From NCBI GenBank assembly GCA_024404115.1, contig JAKSQM010000006.1, positions 24,394 to 88,393 on the forward strand: 64,000 bases of DNA. Reading direction: 5' to 3'. Shown piece after piece: positions 29,707 to 39,994 of this stretch (positions within the stretch are counted from its first letter, which is position 1; each line of letters begins with the position of its first letter). The notes beneath the pieces were generated by a model. That model did not search any database, was not told where the DNA came from, and saw only the letters and a list, made by a program, of their open reading frames with translations. Both the position numbers and the translations under genes were made by a program. Source of the stretch: Clostridia bacterium (lineage in GTDB: Bacteria; Bacillota; Clostridia; Oscillospirales; Acutalibacteraceae).

Positions 29707-30699
29707 TTATTCTCCTGATAAAAAGCTGAAAGCAGTTTTCAGTTGAGCTTTAATTTCTTCGGGGTGAATTTTTGAAATAAAATTCTCTGCAAGAGCCTTA
29801 ATTTTATCAATCAAAATAAAGAATTTCTCTGAAACAATATCAAAAATCTCTTTCGGTTTAATCATCCCGTTATATATTCCAAATGCAACAAGGGCGATTA
29901 TTGCCGCACCAATAAGAATAAGAGCAATAAGTGCCGCAATTTTGCCTTTTGATTTTGGCTTTTCTTTTTTACTGTTTGAAAGAACAAGGGGAACTTTCTT
30001 GCCAGTGATTCTGTCAGCGATTCTGCCGTATGCCGCCATTGCAGGGCAATCCTTAACAGCAACAAATCCTGTTGATGAAGCGTAAGAAATTTCTCTGTCC
30101 TCAGGTACAACACCGATAAGCTGAACCTTGATAGCATCAATAACCTCATCAATGTTATAATATCTGCCCTTTGTGGTGGGTACTCGGTTAAATCTGTTAA
30201 TAACAAGGCGGATGTTTTTTAATCCACATTCACTTAACTCGTCAACGGCAGAAACAGCCGCTTTTGTGCAGATTTCATCGGGGGTGGAGATCACAATAGC
30301 TCTGTCTGCACATTCAGCCGCCAATTTGAATCCGCCAGAAACGCCAGCAGGCGAATCAAACAAAATATAATCGTAATCATCTTCTATTCTGTAGATGATA
30401 TTTTTTAATTTAAGTGAGGTGTACGCATCGTTCCACTTTCTTGGTGCAGAAATAATTCCAACTGAATTCTTTTCGTTAATTACTTCCTGAATATCACAGT
30501 TGCCAAGAATAATATCGCCCCAGTTGTAAAGTGAAGTATATTCACCAGTTATAACAAAGTCAATGAATCCCTGACCGATGTCAAAATCGATAACAAGAAC
30601 ACGATAGCCTTTTTTTGCAAGAGAGAGTGCTGTTCCAGTTGTAAAAGAAGTTTTGCCTGCTCCGCCTTTACCCGAAGCAATTACAATTTTTTCAGCCAT
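29707..30699 (-). CDS. MinD/ParA-family P-loop ATPase with a C-terminal transmembrane helix and an extra tail
   Basis: The deviant Walker A reads SGKGGAGKTS. MinD-like blocks IDFDIGQG, FDSPAG, LVINR and GVVPED are present. The C-terminus then reads KKEKPKSKGK-IAALIALILIGAAIIALVAFGIY plus about 60 further aa. Confidence 0.8.
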   Translation of the reverse strand: MAEKIVIASGKGGAGKTSFTTGTALSLAKKGYRVLVIDFDIGQGFIDFVITGEYTSLYNWGDIILGNCDIQEVINEKNSVGIISAPRKWNDAYTSLKLKNIIYRIEDDYDYILFDSPAGVSGGFKLAAECADRAIVISTPDEICTKAAVSAVDELSECGLKNIRLVINRFNRVPTTKGRYYNIDEVIDAIKVQLIGVVPEDREISYASSTGFVAVKDCPAMAAYGRIADRITGKKVPLVLSNSKKEKPKSKGKIAALIALILIGAAIIALVAFGIYNGMIKPKEIFDIVSEKFFILIDKIKALAENFISKIHPEEIKAQLKTAFSFLSGE

Positions 30700-30723
30700 A
30701 AAAACACCTCATTCAACGCTTTC

Positions 30724-32850
30724 TTATCCCAACAGAGTGCTTGTCTGCTGGCTGGGTTTCTTTTCTTCGTTTTTGTCTGCTTTTTTATAGAAATATCCAT
30801 AAATAGCCTCGGCAACAGGTGAACAGGTAGAACCCGACCTTGCGCCCTCAATAGCAACACAAATTGCAATTTCGGGTTTATCGTACGGTGCAAAGGTAAT
30901 GAAGAATCCGTTAGTAAGCACAACCTTTTCGCCACGGATATTATGCTCAACCTGTGATGTACCAGTTTTGGCGGCGCATTTAACAACCTTGCCAATGGTG
31001 CGGTTAAGGTCATATGAGTTTGTGATAACTCTTCTCATACCCTCTTTAACAATATCTATATTCTCTGCCTTGAAGCCTGTTTCAACAACGACCTCTGGCT
31101 TTTTCTCTGTTTTGGTTTCGGTAAGGTCAAAGCTTTTTGTTTCTTTAATAATATGAACACTATATCTTGTTCCGCCGTTGGCAATTGTTGCGCAATAATT
31201 GGCAAGCTGAACAGGAGTGAAAAGATTACCCGCCTGACCGATTGCAGACTGAATTGTGAAACCAGGCATCCATTCCTGATTGATTGACGCACGGTAACTG
31301 GGTGAGTCAAGAACACCTGTGTTTTCTGAAATTTCAAGACCTGTGGGCTGACCAAGACCAAGGAGCTGACGGTAAGTATTCATCTTTTCAGCACCAAGCT
31401 CAATGCCCAACTTATAAAAGAATGTGTTGCATGAATCCTGCAACGCTGTTCTTACATCAATATGGTTTGTTCTGTGGTTAGCAACGCAGCCAAACTCCAT
31501 ATCAAGGTAAGTGTATTTATAGAAACAATCGTAAGTGGTACTTTCGTTGATTACGCCCTCTTCAAGACCTGCAAGCGCAACAGACGGCTTTGAGGTTGAA
31601 CCCGGAGCGTAAACACTCTGAAATGCTCGGTTCCACAAAGGAGCTGCTTCATCTTTAATAAGATTATCGTAATTTTCGTTATATGTATTCTGATTATATG
31701 AAGGATAAGTTGCCGCCGCAAGAACCTCGGCAGTGTTGCAGTCAAGCACAACAACAGAGCCACCGTGAGAAACCATGCTGGGGATATTCATACAAAGCTC
31801 TTTCAACGCTTTCTGTGCAACCTTCTGCGCACCAGCATCAATTGTTAAAACAACAGCATCGCCGTTCTGAACCTCTTTTGTGAAAGTGGTTGAGGTTGTG
31901 CCGTCAACACCCGTGGTAACAACTCTTTCGCCGTCCTTACCTCTGAGGGTGCTTTCATAAAGCTTTTCAATTCCGCTCTTACCAACAAGGTCGTTCATGC
32001 CGTAGCCTTTATTTTTAAGATCAGCATATTCTTCTGCCGAAATGGCGCCAACTGAGCCGAGAATATGTGGTGCAAGCTCGCCGTCATAATATTCTCTGTA
32101 AGCTTCGATTTCAACATCAACGCCCTTATAAACAGAGTTAAGCTCTTTGATGTATGCAACAATTTCGTCATCAACATCCTCTGCAAAGCGGTAGGGGTTT
32201 GCAGTGTTGAATCCGTTTAATCTCAGCTGATAGCAAACAGACGCAATTTTTCTTGCGTTCTCTTTTGAATAGCCGTCAAGCTTATACTTTTCAATAAGCA
32301 CTTTCATGCAGTTTTCAGCGGTGGCATATCTGTTAAGGTCAAGCATATCCTCGCTGAGCATTGTTTTAATGTCGTTTTCGCTATCAGGTTTATAAACAAA
32401 TTTGCCGTTTTTGTCAAGGATAATAGGAAGCTCATCAATCCATGCGGCATTGTTTTTTTCAAAAAGATTTATAAGTGAAAGGATGATTTTATTTCGCTCC
32501 TCCTGCTCTTTAAGTGAGGGGAAATCAATAGCGTTGAAAATAACAGTGTTGCCGGGGCGATTGCCAACAAGAACAACACCGTTTCTGTCAAGGATTTCGC
32601 CTCGCATAGCTTTGACGGTGCTTGTGGAAACTGATGTTGAGCCAGAGAGAGCGTACTCTTCGCCCTTTAAAATCTGCGCATTAAAAAGAATGCCTGCAAA
32701 AGCCAAAAGGCACGCCGCAATAATGCCGACAGTTACATAATGACGAACAGGGTTCATTCTGTAGTCAAACTGCTTGATTCGTTTAACTCTGATTTTGGCA
32801 CTGCCCGCATTATAATAATCATAGCCTTCAAGGTCTTTTTCGTTTTTCAC
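30724..32850 (-). CDS. Class B penicillin-binding protein (PBP2/SpoVD-type transpeptidase)
   Basis: An N-terminal TM anchor is followed by the motifs STSK, SCN and KTGTS. The start codon is GTG and the gene lies after mreD. Confidence 0.9.
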   Translation of the reverse strand: MKNEKDLEGYDYYNAGSAKIRVKRIKQFDYRMNPVRHYVTVGIIAACLLAFAGILFNAQILKGEEYALSGSTSVSTSTVKAMRGEILDRNGVVLVGNRPGNTVIFNAIDFPSLKEQEERNKIILSLINLFEKNNAAWIDELPIILDKNGKFVYKPDSENDIKTMLSEDMLDLNRYATAENCMKVLIEKYKLDGYSKENARKIASVCYQLRLNGFNTANPYRFAEDVDDEIVAYIKELNSVYKGVDVEIEAYREYYDGELAPHILGSVGAISAEEYADLKNKGYGMNDLVGKSGIEKLYESTLRGKDGERVVTTGVDGTTSTTFTKEVQNGDAVVLTIDAGAQKVAQKALKELCMNIPSMVSHGGSVVVLDCNTAEVLAAATYPSYNQNTYNENYDNLIKDEAAPLWNRAFQSVYAPGSTSKPSVALAGLEEGVINESTTYDCFYKYTYLDMEFGCVANHRTNHIDVRTALQDSCNTFFYKLGIELGAEKMNTYRQLLGLGQPTGLEISENTGVLDSPSYRASINQEWMPGFTIQSAIGQAGNLFTPVQLANYCATIANGGTRYSVHIIKETKSFDLTETKTEKKPEVVVETGFKAENIDIVKEGMRRVITNSYDLNRTIGKVVKCAAKTGTSQVEHNIRGEKVVLTNGFFITFAPYDKPEIAICVAIEGARSGSTCSPVAEAIYGYFYKKADKNEEKKPSQQTSTLLG

Positions 32851-32879
32851 AATATCACCGTCCTTTCACTAAAATAAAA

Positions 32880-33407
32880 TCAGTCTTTTTTCTTTGAGCA
32901 AATCGCTCTTACAATTACATAAAAAACTCCCACAAACAGGAATGTATAAATTACAGAAGCAAAATAGATGTTGATATAGATATAATCTGCTTCTATGCCT
33001 GCCGCAGAAACATAATATAAAAGGAAATAAACTGTGTTATAAACAAAGATAGAAACAGAGCTGAACAACAGGCATGTTTTAAGGTTGTTTCTGAAAATAC
33101 CTGTTATAAGAAGTCCCGATAAAAAGCCAATGCATGTCAGCGCAATGCTGTGAAAGCAAAGGGATTCTGCCGAAAAAGCATCAACCAATATACCTGCAAA
33201 AAGCCCGAAGAACATACCCCATTTTTCTCTTTCAAACATACCGATGCAAACAATCAGCGGCACAAGGAGCATAACGGGAACATCAGTTGGTCTTATAAAA
33301 AGTGAACTGTTATTCTGAAGCAAAAAGGTAACGAAAACCACCACCGCAAGCTTAATGCGGCGGAGCTGGTTAGCTTTATTTTCATTATAAAACGTTCCGC
33401 TTTCCAT
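32880..33407 (-). CDS. mreD: Rod shape-determining protein MreD
   Basis: A 175 aa polytopic membrane protein encoded directly after mreC. Confidence 0.75.
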   Translation of the reverse strand: MESGTFYNENKANQLRRIKLAVVVFVTFLLQNNSSLFIRPTDVPVMLLVPLIVCIGMFEREKWGMFFGLFAGILVDAFSAESLCFHSIALTCIGFLSGLLITGIFRNNLKTCLLFSSVSIFVYNTVYFLLYYVSAAGIEADYIYINIYFASVIYTFLFVGVFYVIVRAICSKKKD

Positions 33408-33425
33408 TTGCCTTCTCCTTAAAAA

Positions 33426-34274
33426 TTACTGAGTGATACCCTGACCGTTAAATTCTGTGATGATAAATACATCCTTGATTTCTGCAAGGTCAACATTTGA
33501 TTCAACCTTTGCATAGTTTGAAATATCTGTTTTTGATTTATTGATTTCGCTGACAGTGCCAACAATAAGGTTTTTGGGGAATACACCGCCGATACCAAGT
33601 GTGCAGATAACACCGCCTGTTGCAAGGTTGCAGTCTTTATCAAGACCGGGGAGCTTACAATATTTTTTGCCTGCGCCATTTTCAAAGCCAGTAACATAAC
33701 CCATTACATTGCTTCTTACCTCATAAACAGCCGCATTGAATTTTGGGCTTGAGAATGTGGTAACAGTGCAGCTTGTTGCGTTAACATCAGTAACAACACC
33801 AACAAGGTTTTTGCCATAGATAACAGGGTCGTTCACTTTAACGCCCTTTGATGAGCCTTTGCTGAGAATTATTGAGCCGAAAGCATCACTTGCATCTCTT
33901 GAAAGAATGGATGCAGAAATAAACTTGAAATCGGGGTGTTCCTCTTTAACGCCAAGAAATTCCTCATATGTTTTCAGTGTTCTCTTTGTGTTTTCATAAT
34001 CTGCCAGCTCGCCCTGATAATCGGCAATCTGCTGTTTCAGCTGAGCATTCTCTTTTTGAAGAGTATCTGATGAGCGGAAATAATCGCAGAAATAATCAAC
34101 ACCACTGCCAATGAAAGTTGAAACCTGCTGAAAAGGCTTCATTATAGTAACTGCAACAGATGAAAGAGGAGTGCTGCCTGAATGAGCAATACCTGCAATA
34201 ATTGCGCCAAGAATAAGCGCAACTAAAATTGTACCTAAAATTTTAGTTGCTTTCTTTTTAAAAAAGCTGTTCAT
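33426..34274 (-). CDS. mreC: Rod shape-determining protein MreC
   Basis: It has an N-terminal TM helix, a coiled-coil segment (QLKQQIADYQGELADYEN) and beta-rich C-terminal domains. It lies after mreB. Confidence 0.85.
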   Translation of the reverse strand: MNSFFKKKATKILGTILVALILGAIIAGIAHSGSTPLSSVAVTIMKPFQQVSTFIGSGVDYFCDYFRSSDTLQKENAQLKQQIADYQGELADYENTKRTLKTYEEFLGVKEEHPDFKFISASILSRDASDAFGSIILSKGSSKGVKVNDPVIYGKNLVGVVTDVNATSCTVTTFSSPKFNAAVYEVRSNVMGYVTGFENGAGKKYCKLPGLDKDCNLATGGVICTLGIGGVFPKNLIVGTVSEINKSKTDISNYAKVESNVDLAEIKDVFIITEFNGQGITQ

Positions 34275-34306
34275 ACAAATCCCCTTTCTTTAAAATCTTT
34301 TATTCA

Positions 34307-35293
34307 TCAAAGTTTTTTCTCAAGGCAAACGCCTGTTCCGTCAACAGCGCAGTCAATAGGATTGTCTGCAATCTCAACGGGGATGTTAAGCTCCTGCTCA
34401 ATAAGCTTGTCCAGACCTCTGAGCAAAGCACCGCCGCCGCAAAGAGTAATGCCGTTATCCATAATGTCAGCGGCAAGCTCAGGGGGAGTGTTTTCAAGAG
34501 TTGTTCTGATAGCGTCAACAATCTGCTGAACAGTGTCTGAAAGAGCTTCTCTGATTTCCTGTGAAGTGATTTCAATATTAAGGGGAAGTCCGTCAACAAG
34601 GTTTCTGCCCTTAACATTCATTGCGCCCTCTTCTTCATATTCAAAAGCAGAGCCAAGCTTTATTTTAATATCCTCAGCGGTTCTTTCACCAATAAGGATG
34701 CTGTATTTTCTCTTAACATAGTTGATGATAGCTTCGTCCATGTCATCGCCAGCAGTTTTGATAGAAAGAGATGTAACAATATCTTTAAGTGCAATAACTG
34801 CAACCTCAGATGTGCCGCCGCCGATGTCAACAATCATGCTGCCCGTTGCACCTGTAACAGGCAGACTTGCGCCAATTGCAGATGCCAGAGGGGACTCAAT
34901 AATGCTTATGTATTTTGCGCCAGCAGATTTAACAGCGTCATTAACAGCTCTGCGCTCAAACTCTGTAACGCCAGAGGGAACGCAAACCATTATCCTTGCA
35001 CGGTTAAAAAGTGAACCGCCAGATGCTTTTTTGATGTATCTGCGAAGCATTTCTGCTGTAGCGTCAAAATCTGCAACAACACCGTTCTGAATCGGGTGAA
35101 GCGCAACAACAGAACCTGGAGTTCTGCCAATCATCTCTTTAGCCTGTGAACCAACTGCAACAACTCTTGGAGGGTTGAATCTCTGGTCAATTGCAACAAC
35201 AGATGGCTCTCTTATAACAATACCTTTACCTTTAACAAAAACAAGTGTGTTTGCTGTGCCTAAATCAATACCAATATCCTGTGAAAAAAGCAT
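34307..35293 (-). CDS. mreB: Rod shape-determining protein MreB
   Basis: The actin-fold motifs read [11 protein letters not shown] and [11 protein letters not shown]. Length is 328 aa. Confidence 0.95.
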   Translation of the reverse strand: MLFSQDIGIDLGTANTLVFVKGKGIVIREPSVVAIDQRFNPPRVVAVGSQAKEMIGRTPGSVVALHPIQNGVVADFDATAEMLRRYIKKASGGSLFNRARIMVCVPSGVTEFERRAVNDAVKSAGAKYISIIESPLASAIGASLPVTGATGSMIVDIGGGTSEVAVIALKDIVTSLSIKTAGDDMDEAIINYVKRKYSILIGERTAEDIKIKLGSAFEYEEEGAMNVKGRNLVDGLPLNIEITSQEIREALSDTVQQIVDAIRTTLENTPPELAADIMDNGITLCGGGALLRGLDKLIEQELNIPVEIADNPIDCAVDGTGVCLEKKL

Positions 35294-35321
35294 TTCTCTT
35301 ACCCCTTTACTCTGCGTATGA

Positions 35322-35996
35322 TTATTCTGTAGGAATTTTCTTTAATGATATATTTTCTTTAATGAACTGCTCAGGGTCAAAACCAGCCTTAATGCACTGG
35401 TTATTCAAGATAAAGTTAACTGAAACAGTTACATGCTTATATGAGAAAATATAATAATAAAATGTGCTCTTATCATAAATCTTGCAGGTGAAGCTTTTTG
35501 CATCCTTGCCAAAAAGCTTTGTGGTGGATTCTTTGAAATCCGTTGCAGCTTCGCTGTCGCCTGTGGCAATTTCAATCGCCTGCTTTGCGGCAATATCTCT
35601 GTTATACATTTCGTCAAGTGTATATTTATCGTTTGTTTCAACGGTGATTTCGCAAGTGTTCTCGTCAGGGCAATCCTTATGCTGAATTCTGAAAACCTTG
35701 ACATTTTCGTTAAAGAACCATCCGTCCGGAATATTCATTTTTATAAAAGCACTTTCAATAGCGTGCTTGCCATCCATTTTAGCAACAGGGAATGTAACAA
35801 CAGCTTCCTGCTTTTCGCCGTTTTCGTCTGTGTATTTCTCTATCATATTTCCGTATTTATCCTGAACAGGCTTACCGTGCTTCATCTCAACCTTGTGAGT
35901 ATTTCCTAAATCGTCAACGAATACATTATTCTTGCATCCACTAAACATTAAAACTATAAAAACAACAGCGCAGATTATTGCTGTAGCTCTTTTCAT
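35322..35996 (-). CDS. Hypothetical lipoprotein
   Basis: [21 protein letters not shown] is a signal peptide ending in a lipobox Cys. I prefer the ATG at 35996, 6 nt after AGGTG. Confidence 0.65.
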   Translation of the reverse strand: MKRATAIICAVVFIVLMFSGCKNNVFVDDLGNTHKVEMKHGKPVQDKYGNMIEKYTDENGEKQEAVVTFPVAKMDGKHAIESAFIKMNIPDGWFFNENVKVFRIQHKDCPDENTCEITVETNDKYTLDEMYNRDIAAKQAIEIATGDSEAATDFKESTTKLFGKDAKSFTCKIYDKSTFYYYIFSYKHVTVSVNFILNNQCIKAGFDPEQFIKENISLKKIPTE

Positions 35997-36267
35997 AAAA
36001 AACACCTACCCAATCTTATTCATCTTGAAATTATATCATCTGTGCAAGCGGTTGTCAATGAAAAAGCCATTTTAATAAGTAAACAAACTCTAAATTTTTC
36101 AATATAAAAGAAAAGACCTGCCAGCAAAATCGGCAGGTTCGCTTTTGCAGATAAAAATTTTTATCAGAATACTACACAATAAAACAGAAATCACAGAAAT
36201 GAAAAGATAATATTTATGATAAATACAGACAGTTAATTAACTGCTAAAACAAAAAGGAGTGTTGAAT

Positions 36268-36609
36268 ATGACTTGCCCAGTTTGCGGAACAGAATTTAAT
36301 GTAAACACTAAGCTCAAAAATGGCGTTTATCGCTGCCCCAACCCCAACTGCACAGCACCGTATATAACAGAAAAAAGAGAGCCGTCAAATTTAACCCTCG
36401 CTGTAATCTTTCTGTTGATTGCAGTTGTCATCTTTTTTGGCTTTGCATTTTTAAACACAATCAAAAACACTTATATTACTCCAGACACAACCGCCGCTTC
36501 CTCTTCATCTGCATACAGTGAGGAGCGTGAATACACCGAGCACACACAGCCTGCCACATTTAATTATGAAGAATATTTAAGAAGCAGAGAAAGCACCGCC
36601 ATGTATTAG
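36268..36609 (+). CDS. Small zinc-ribbon protein with one TM helix
   Basis: The sequence reads MTCPVCGTEF...YRCPNPNC, followed by the TM segment LAVIFLLIAVVIFFGFAFL. An AAAGGAG site lies 9 nt upstream. Confidence 0.6.
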   Translation: MTCPVCGTEFNVNTKLKNGVYRCPNPNCTAPYITEKREPSNLTLAVIFLLIAVVIFFGFAFLNTIKNTYITPDTTAASSSSAYSEEREYTEHTQPATFNYEEYLRSRESTAMY

Positions 36610-36783
36610 AAATCTGATGTACATTAGTAACAAAACGGATTTGTGCAAGGTGTTCAGTTTTGATTAAATATTTATAGTAAATCTTAATATTTTTGTGTTT
36701 CAATATTGACATCAAACCAACCTTTTGATAATATGTGCGTACAAATTTTAATTGTATCAAAATGCAAAGGGAGGCACCGTAAA

Positions 36784-36999
36784 GTGAAATGTGAAAAATG
36801 CGAAAAAGAATTTGTTGTTGTAGAATACAACGACAGAAAAGTACACGAAGAAACAGCGTTTTGTCCACACTGCGGGCACGAAAAGCCGAAGCCCGAGCCT
36901 CCCCCTGCTCCAAAGCAACATATTGGAATGGGGATGATATTTGCCCTTGTGCTTGTTGTCTTTCTGCTGTATTGCTATTCTTTAATGAATAACGCATAA
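36784..36999 (+). CDS. Second small zinc-ribbon protein with one TM helix (about 71 aa)
   Basis: From the GTG at 36784, 9 nt after GGGAGG, the product reads (M)KCEKCEKEF...FCPHCGHEKPKPEPPPAP followed by the TM segment GMIFALVLVVFLLYCY. The longer ORF-track start at 36706 has no ribosome-binding site. Confidence 0.5.
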   Translation: MKCEKCEKEFVVVEYNDRKVHEETAFCPHCGHEKPKPEPPPAPKQHIGMGMIFALVLVVFLLYCYSLMNNA

Positions 37000-37000
37000 C

Positions 37001-37035
37001 AAAAAATCCTGCCGTTACCGACAGGATTTTTATTT
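37001..37035. terminator. Bidirectional terminator between the zinc-ribbon gene and secA
   Basis: AATCCTGCCG-TTA-CCGACAGGATT is flanked by A-runs and T-runs. Confidence 0.7.
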
Positions 37036-37038
37036 TGC

Positions 37039-39780
37039 TTATTTCTGATTTATTTTATCAGGTGATCCGCAGCACTTCTTATATTTCTTGCCGCTTCCGC
37101 AGGGGCAGGGATCATTGGGACCAACCTTTTTGCCCTTTTTGATTGTTCTGCCTTTTTCGCTTCCGTCAGATGCGCCTGATTCGCCAGTGATCTTAGCTGT
37201 CTGCTTTCTCTCTGTTTCTTCTTTTCTCTTGATTCTTACAGTGAGAATCTGCTTAACAGTTTCTTCTCTGATTGAAAGGTTCATTTCGTCAAACATATCT
37301 GAACCGTTGATTCTGTATGCAACGATAGGATCCTGCTGACCGTAAGCCATAAGACCGATACCACGGCGAAGCTCATCCATGTTGTCAATGTGATCCATCC
37401 ACTGTGAGTCAACATTGTGAAGAAGAACCATTCTTTCAAGATCTCTCATAACCTCAGGAGTAAGCTCTTCTTCTCTTGCTTCATAAAGAGCCTTACCTCT
37501 TTCAATAAGAGTTTCTTTGATCTCTTCTCTGTCAAGAACTTCATCTGTGAAATCATCATCATCTGTAAGCCAGCCCTTGAACTTGCCACGAAGACCTGCA
37601 ACATTCCAATCCTCCTGATGAAGAGCAGCTGAGCAATAGAAATCAACAGAATCTGTGATTGATTCCTCAAGCATATGCATAATAGAGGGTTTGAGCTCTT
37701 CGCCGTCAAGCACTCTGTCTCTCTGACCATAGATAAGCTCTCTCTGACGGTTCATAACATCGTCATACTGAAGAGTATTCTTACGGATTGCGAAGTTCTG
37801 TCCTTCTTTCTTCTTCTGTGCGCTTTCAATAGATTTTGAAACCATTGAAGATGTGATTGGCATATCTTCGGGGGTTTTGAGAGCTGTCATCATATTTGCA
37901 AGTCTTTCACCGCCGAAAAGACGCATAAGGTCATCTTCAAGTGAAAGATAGAAACGGCTGGCACCTGGGTCGCCCTGTCTGCCTGAACGGCCTCTCAACT
38001 GGTTGTCAATTCGGCGTGAGTCATGACGCTCTGTGCCGATAATGAAAAGACCGCCAACCTCACGAACCTTTTCTGCTTCGTCCTTGATAGAATCTTTATA
38101 TTTCTTTTCAAGTGTCTGATATTCATTTCTTGCTTCGATAATTTCTTCGTTATCTGTCTCTGCAAAGCCTGTTGCCTCTGCAATAAGCTCATCAGTGTAA
38201 CCCTTACGGCGCATTTCTGCTTTTGCAAGGTATTCAGAGTTACCGCCCAGCATAATATCAGTGCCTCGTCCTGCCATGTTAGTTGCAATTGTAACAGCGC
38301 CGAATTTACCAGCCTGTGCAACAATTTCAGCTTCTTTATCGTGGAACTTAGCGTTGAGCACTTCATGCTTGATGCCGCTCTTTCTGAGGATGCTGCTGAG
38401 AATTTCAGATTTTTCAATTGAAATTGTACCAACAAGAACAGGCTGTCCCTTTTCGTGGCATTCCTTAACCTGCTTAACAATAGCTGCGTATTTAACTGCC
38501 TCTGTCTTATAAACATCATCGGGGTAGTCAACACGAATCATCGGTCTGTTTGTGGGGATTTCAACAACATCAAGGCTGTAGATTTCGTTGAATTCCTGAC
38601 TTTCTGTCATAGCAGTACCAGTCATACCAGAGAGCTTTTTGTAAAGACGGAAGTAATTCTGGAAAGTGATTGTAGCAAGAGTTTTGCTTTCATGCTCAAC
38701 CTTAACGCCTTCTTTTGCTTCGATAGCCTGATGAAGACCCTCGTTATATCTTCTGCCCAGCATAATACGGCCTGTGAATTCGTCAACAATAAGAACCTGA
38801 TTATCTTTAACAACATAATCAATATCTCTCTGCATAACGCCGATAGCCTTGATAGCCTGATTGATGTGGTGCTGAATTGTCATATTCTCAGCATCCATAA
38901 GGTTTTCAAGTCCAAAGAATTTTTCAGCCTTTTCAACACCTGATTTTGTAAGAGTAGCTGTTCTTGCTTTTTCATCAACAACATAGTCGCCGTCTGCAAT
39001 ATCTTCAACATTCTCTTTTGCCTGAACCTCTTTAACCTTAGTCATTGAAAGGGAGCGTGCAAATGTGTTTGCCATGGTGTAAAGCTCAGTTGACTGGTCG
39101 CCACGACCTGAAATAATAAGGGGAGTTCTGGCTTCATCAATAAGAATTGAGTCAACCTCGTCCACAACTGCAAAGTTATGACCACGCTGAACTTTCTGAT
39201 CTTTATAGGGAACCATGTTATCACGAAGGTAGTCAAATCCCATTTCGTTATTTGTACCGTAAGTGATGTCTGCATTATAAGCAGCCTGTCTTTCCTGATT
39301 TGTAAGTCCGTGAACAATAAGACCAACTGAAAGACCCATGAAGCGGTAAACCTTACCCATCCACTCAGAGTCTCTTCGTGCAAGGTAATCGTTTACTGTA
39401 ACAATGTGAACACCCTTGCCCTCAAGTGCATTAAGGTATGCAGGGAGAGTTGCAACAAGAGTTTTACCTTCACCAGTTCTCATCTCAGCAATTCTGCCCT
39501 GATGAAGAATGATACCACCAATAATCTGAACGGGGAAGTGCTTCATGCCAAGCACACGCCATGAAGCCTCACGGCAGGCGGCAAATGCTTCGGGGAGAAT
39601 ATCGTCAAGTGTTTCTCCGTTCTGAAGTCTTTCTTTAAACTCGGGGGTTTTTGCCTGAAGCTCCTTATCTGTGAGCTTTGAGTATTCCTCTTCAAGGGCA
39701 AGAACCTTATTCTTTAAAGGCGTTACTCTTTTAACTTCTTTTTTGGAGTAATCGCCAAAAAGCAATTTCATAAGACCCAA
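37039..39780 (-). CDS. secA: Preprotein translocase ATPase SecA
   Basis: About 913 aa with DEAD-like motor motifs and the C-terminal zinc motif [15 protein letters not shown] prefer the TTG at 39780, 8 nt after AGAGG. The GTG at 39789 lies inside the ribosome-binding site, so the start is uncertain by a few codons. Confidence 0.9.
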   Translation of the reverse strand: MGLMKLLFGDYSKKEVKRVTPLKNKVLALEEEYSKLTDKELQAKTPEFKERLQNGETLDDILPEAFAACREASWRVLGMKHFPVQIIGGIILHQGRIAEMRTGEGKTLVATLPAYLNALEGKGVHIVTVNDYLARRDSEWMGKVYRFMGLSVGLIVHGLTNQERQAAYNADITYGTNNEMGFDYLRDNMVPYKDQKVQRGHNFAVVDEVDSILIDEARTPLIISGRGDQSTELYTMANTFARSLSMTKVKEVQAKENVEDIADGDYVVDEKARTATLTKSGVEKAEKFFGLENLMDAENMTIQHHINQAIKAIGVMQRDIDYVVKDNQVLIVDEFTGRIMLGRRYNEGLHQAIEAKEGVKVEHESKTLATITFQNYFRLYKKLSGMTGTAMTESQEFNEIYSLDVVEIPTNRPMIRVDYPDDVYKTEAVKYAAIVKQVKECHEKGQPVLVGTISIEKSEILSSILRKSGIKHEVLNAKFHDKEAEIVAQAGKFGAVTIATNMAGRGTDIMLGGNSEYLAKAEMRRKGYTDELIAEATGFAETDNEEIIEARNEYQTLEKKYKDSIKDEAEKVREVGGLFIIGTERHDSRRIDNQLRGRSGRQGDPGASRFYLSLEDDLMRLFGGERLANMMTALKTPEDMPITSSMVSKSIESAQKKKEGQNFAIRKNTLQYDDVMNRQRELIYGQRDRVLDGEELKPSIMHMLEESITDSVDFYCSAALHQEDWNVAGLRGKFKGWLTDDDDFTDEVLDREEIKETLIERGKALYEAREEELTPEVMRDLERMVLLHNVDSQWMDHIDNMDELRRGIGLMAYGQQDPIVAYRINGSDMFDEMNLSIREETVKQILTVRIKRKEETERKQTAKITGESGASDGSEKGRTIKKGKKVGPNDPCPCGSGKKYKKCCGSPDKINQK

Positions 39781-39908
39781 AATAATCACCTCTTAAAAAT
39801 ATTGCTAAAAACCTAATTTAACTTTTTGATTATAACATGAATAAATAAAATATACAATATGATATTTATAAAAGTTTCTTAAAAACATTGACAAATATAA
39901 AAGAAATG

Positions 39909-39937
39909 TTGAAAAAGCCGTTATTTTTTGATAAAAT
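39909..39937 (+). promoter_or_regulatory. Putative promoter TTGAAA-17-TAAAAT with TG extension
   Basis: Hexamers at 39909..39914 and 39932..39937 are accompanied by a TG at 39929..39930. The promoter lies upstream of the PIG-L family gene. Confidence 0.5.
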
Positions 39938-39994
39938 ACTATTGTTCAACGCAATTGAACACAGCAAATACTTTTTTTTAAAGAGGTCCTATTT

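Noticed and set aside
36560-36997. 145 aa minus-strand ORF.
   Set aside because: It lies antisense to the second zinc-ribbon gene and the spacer, has no ribosome-binding site, and gives an implausible product.
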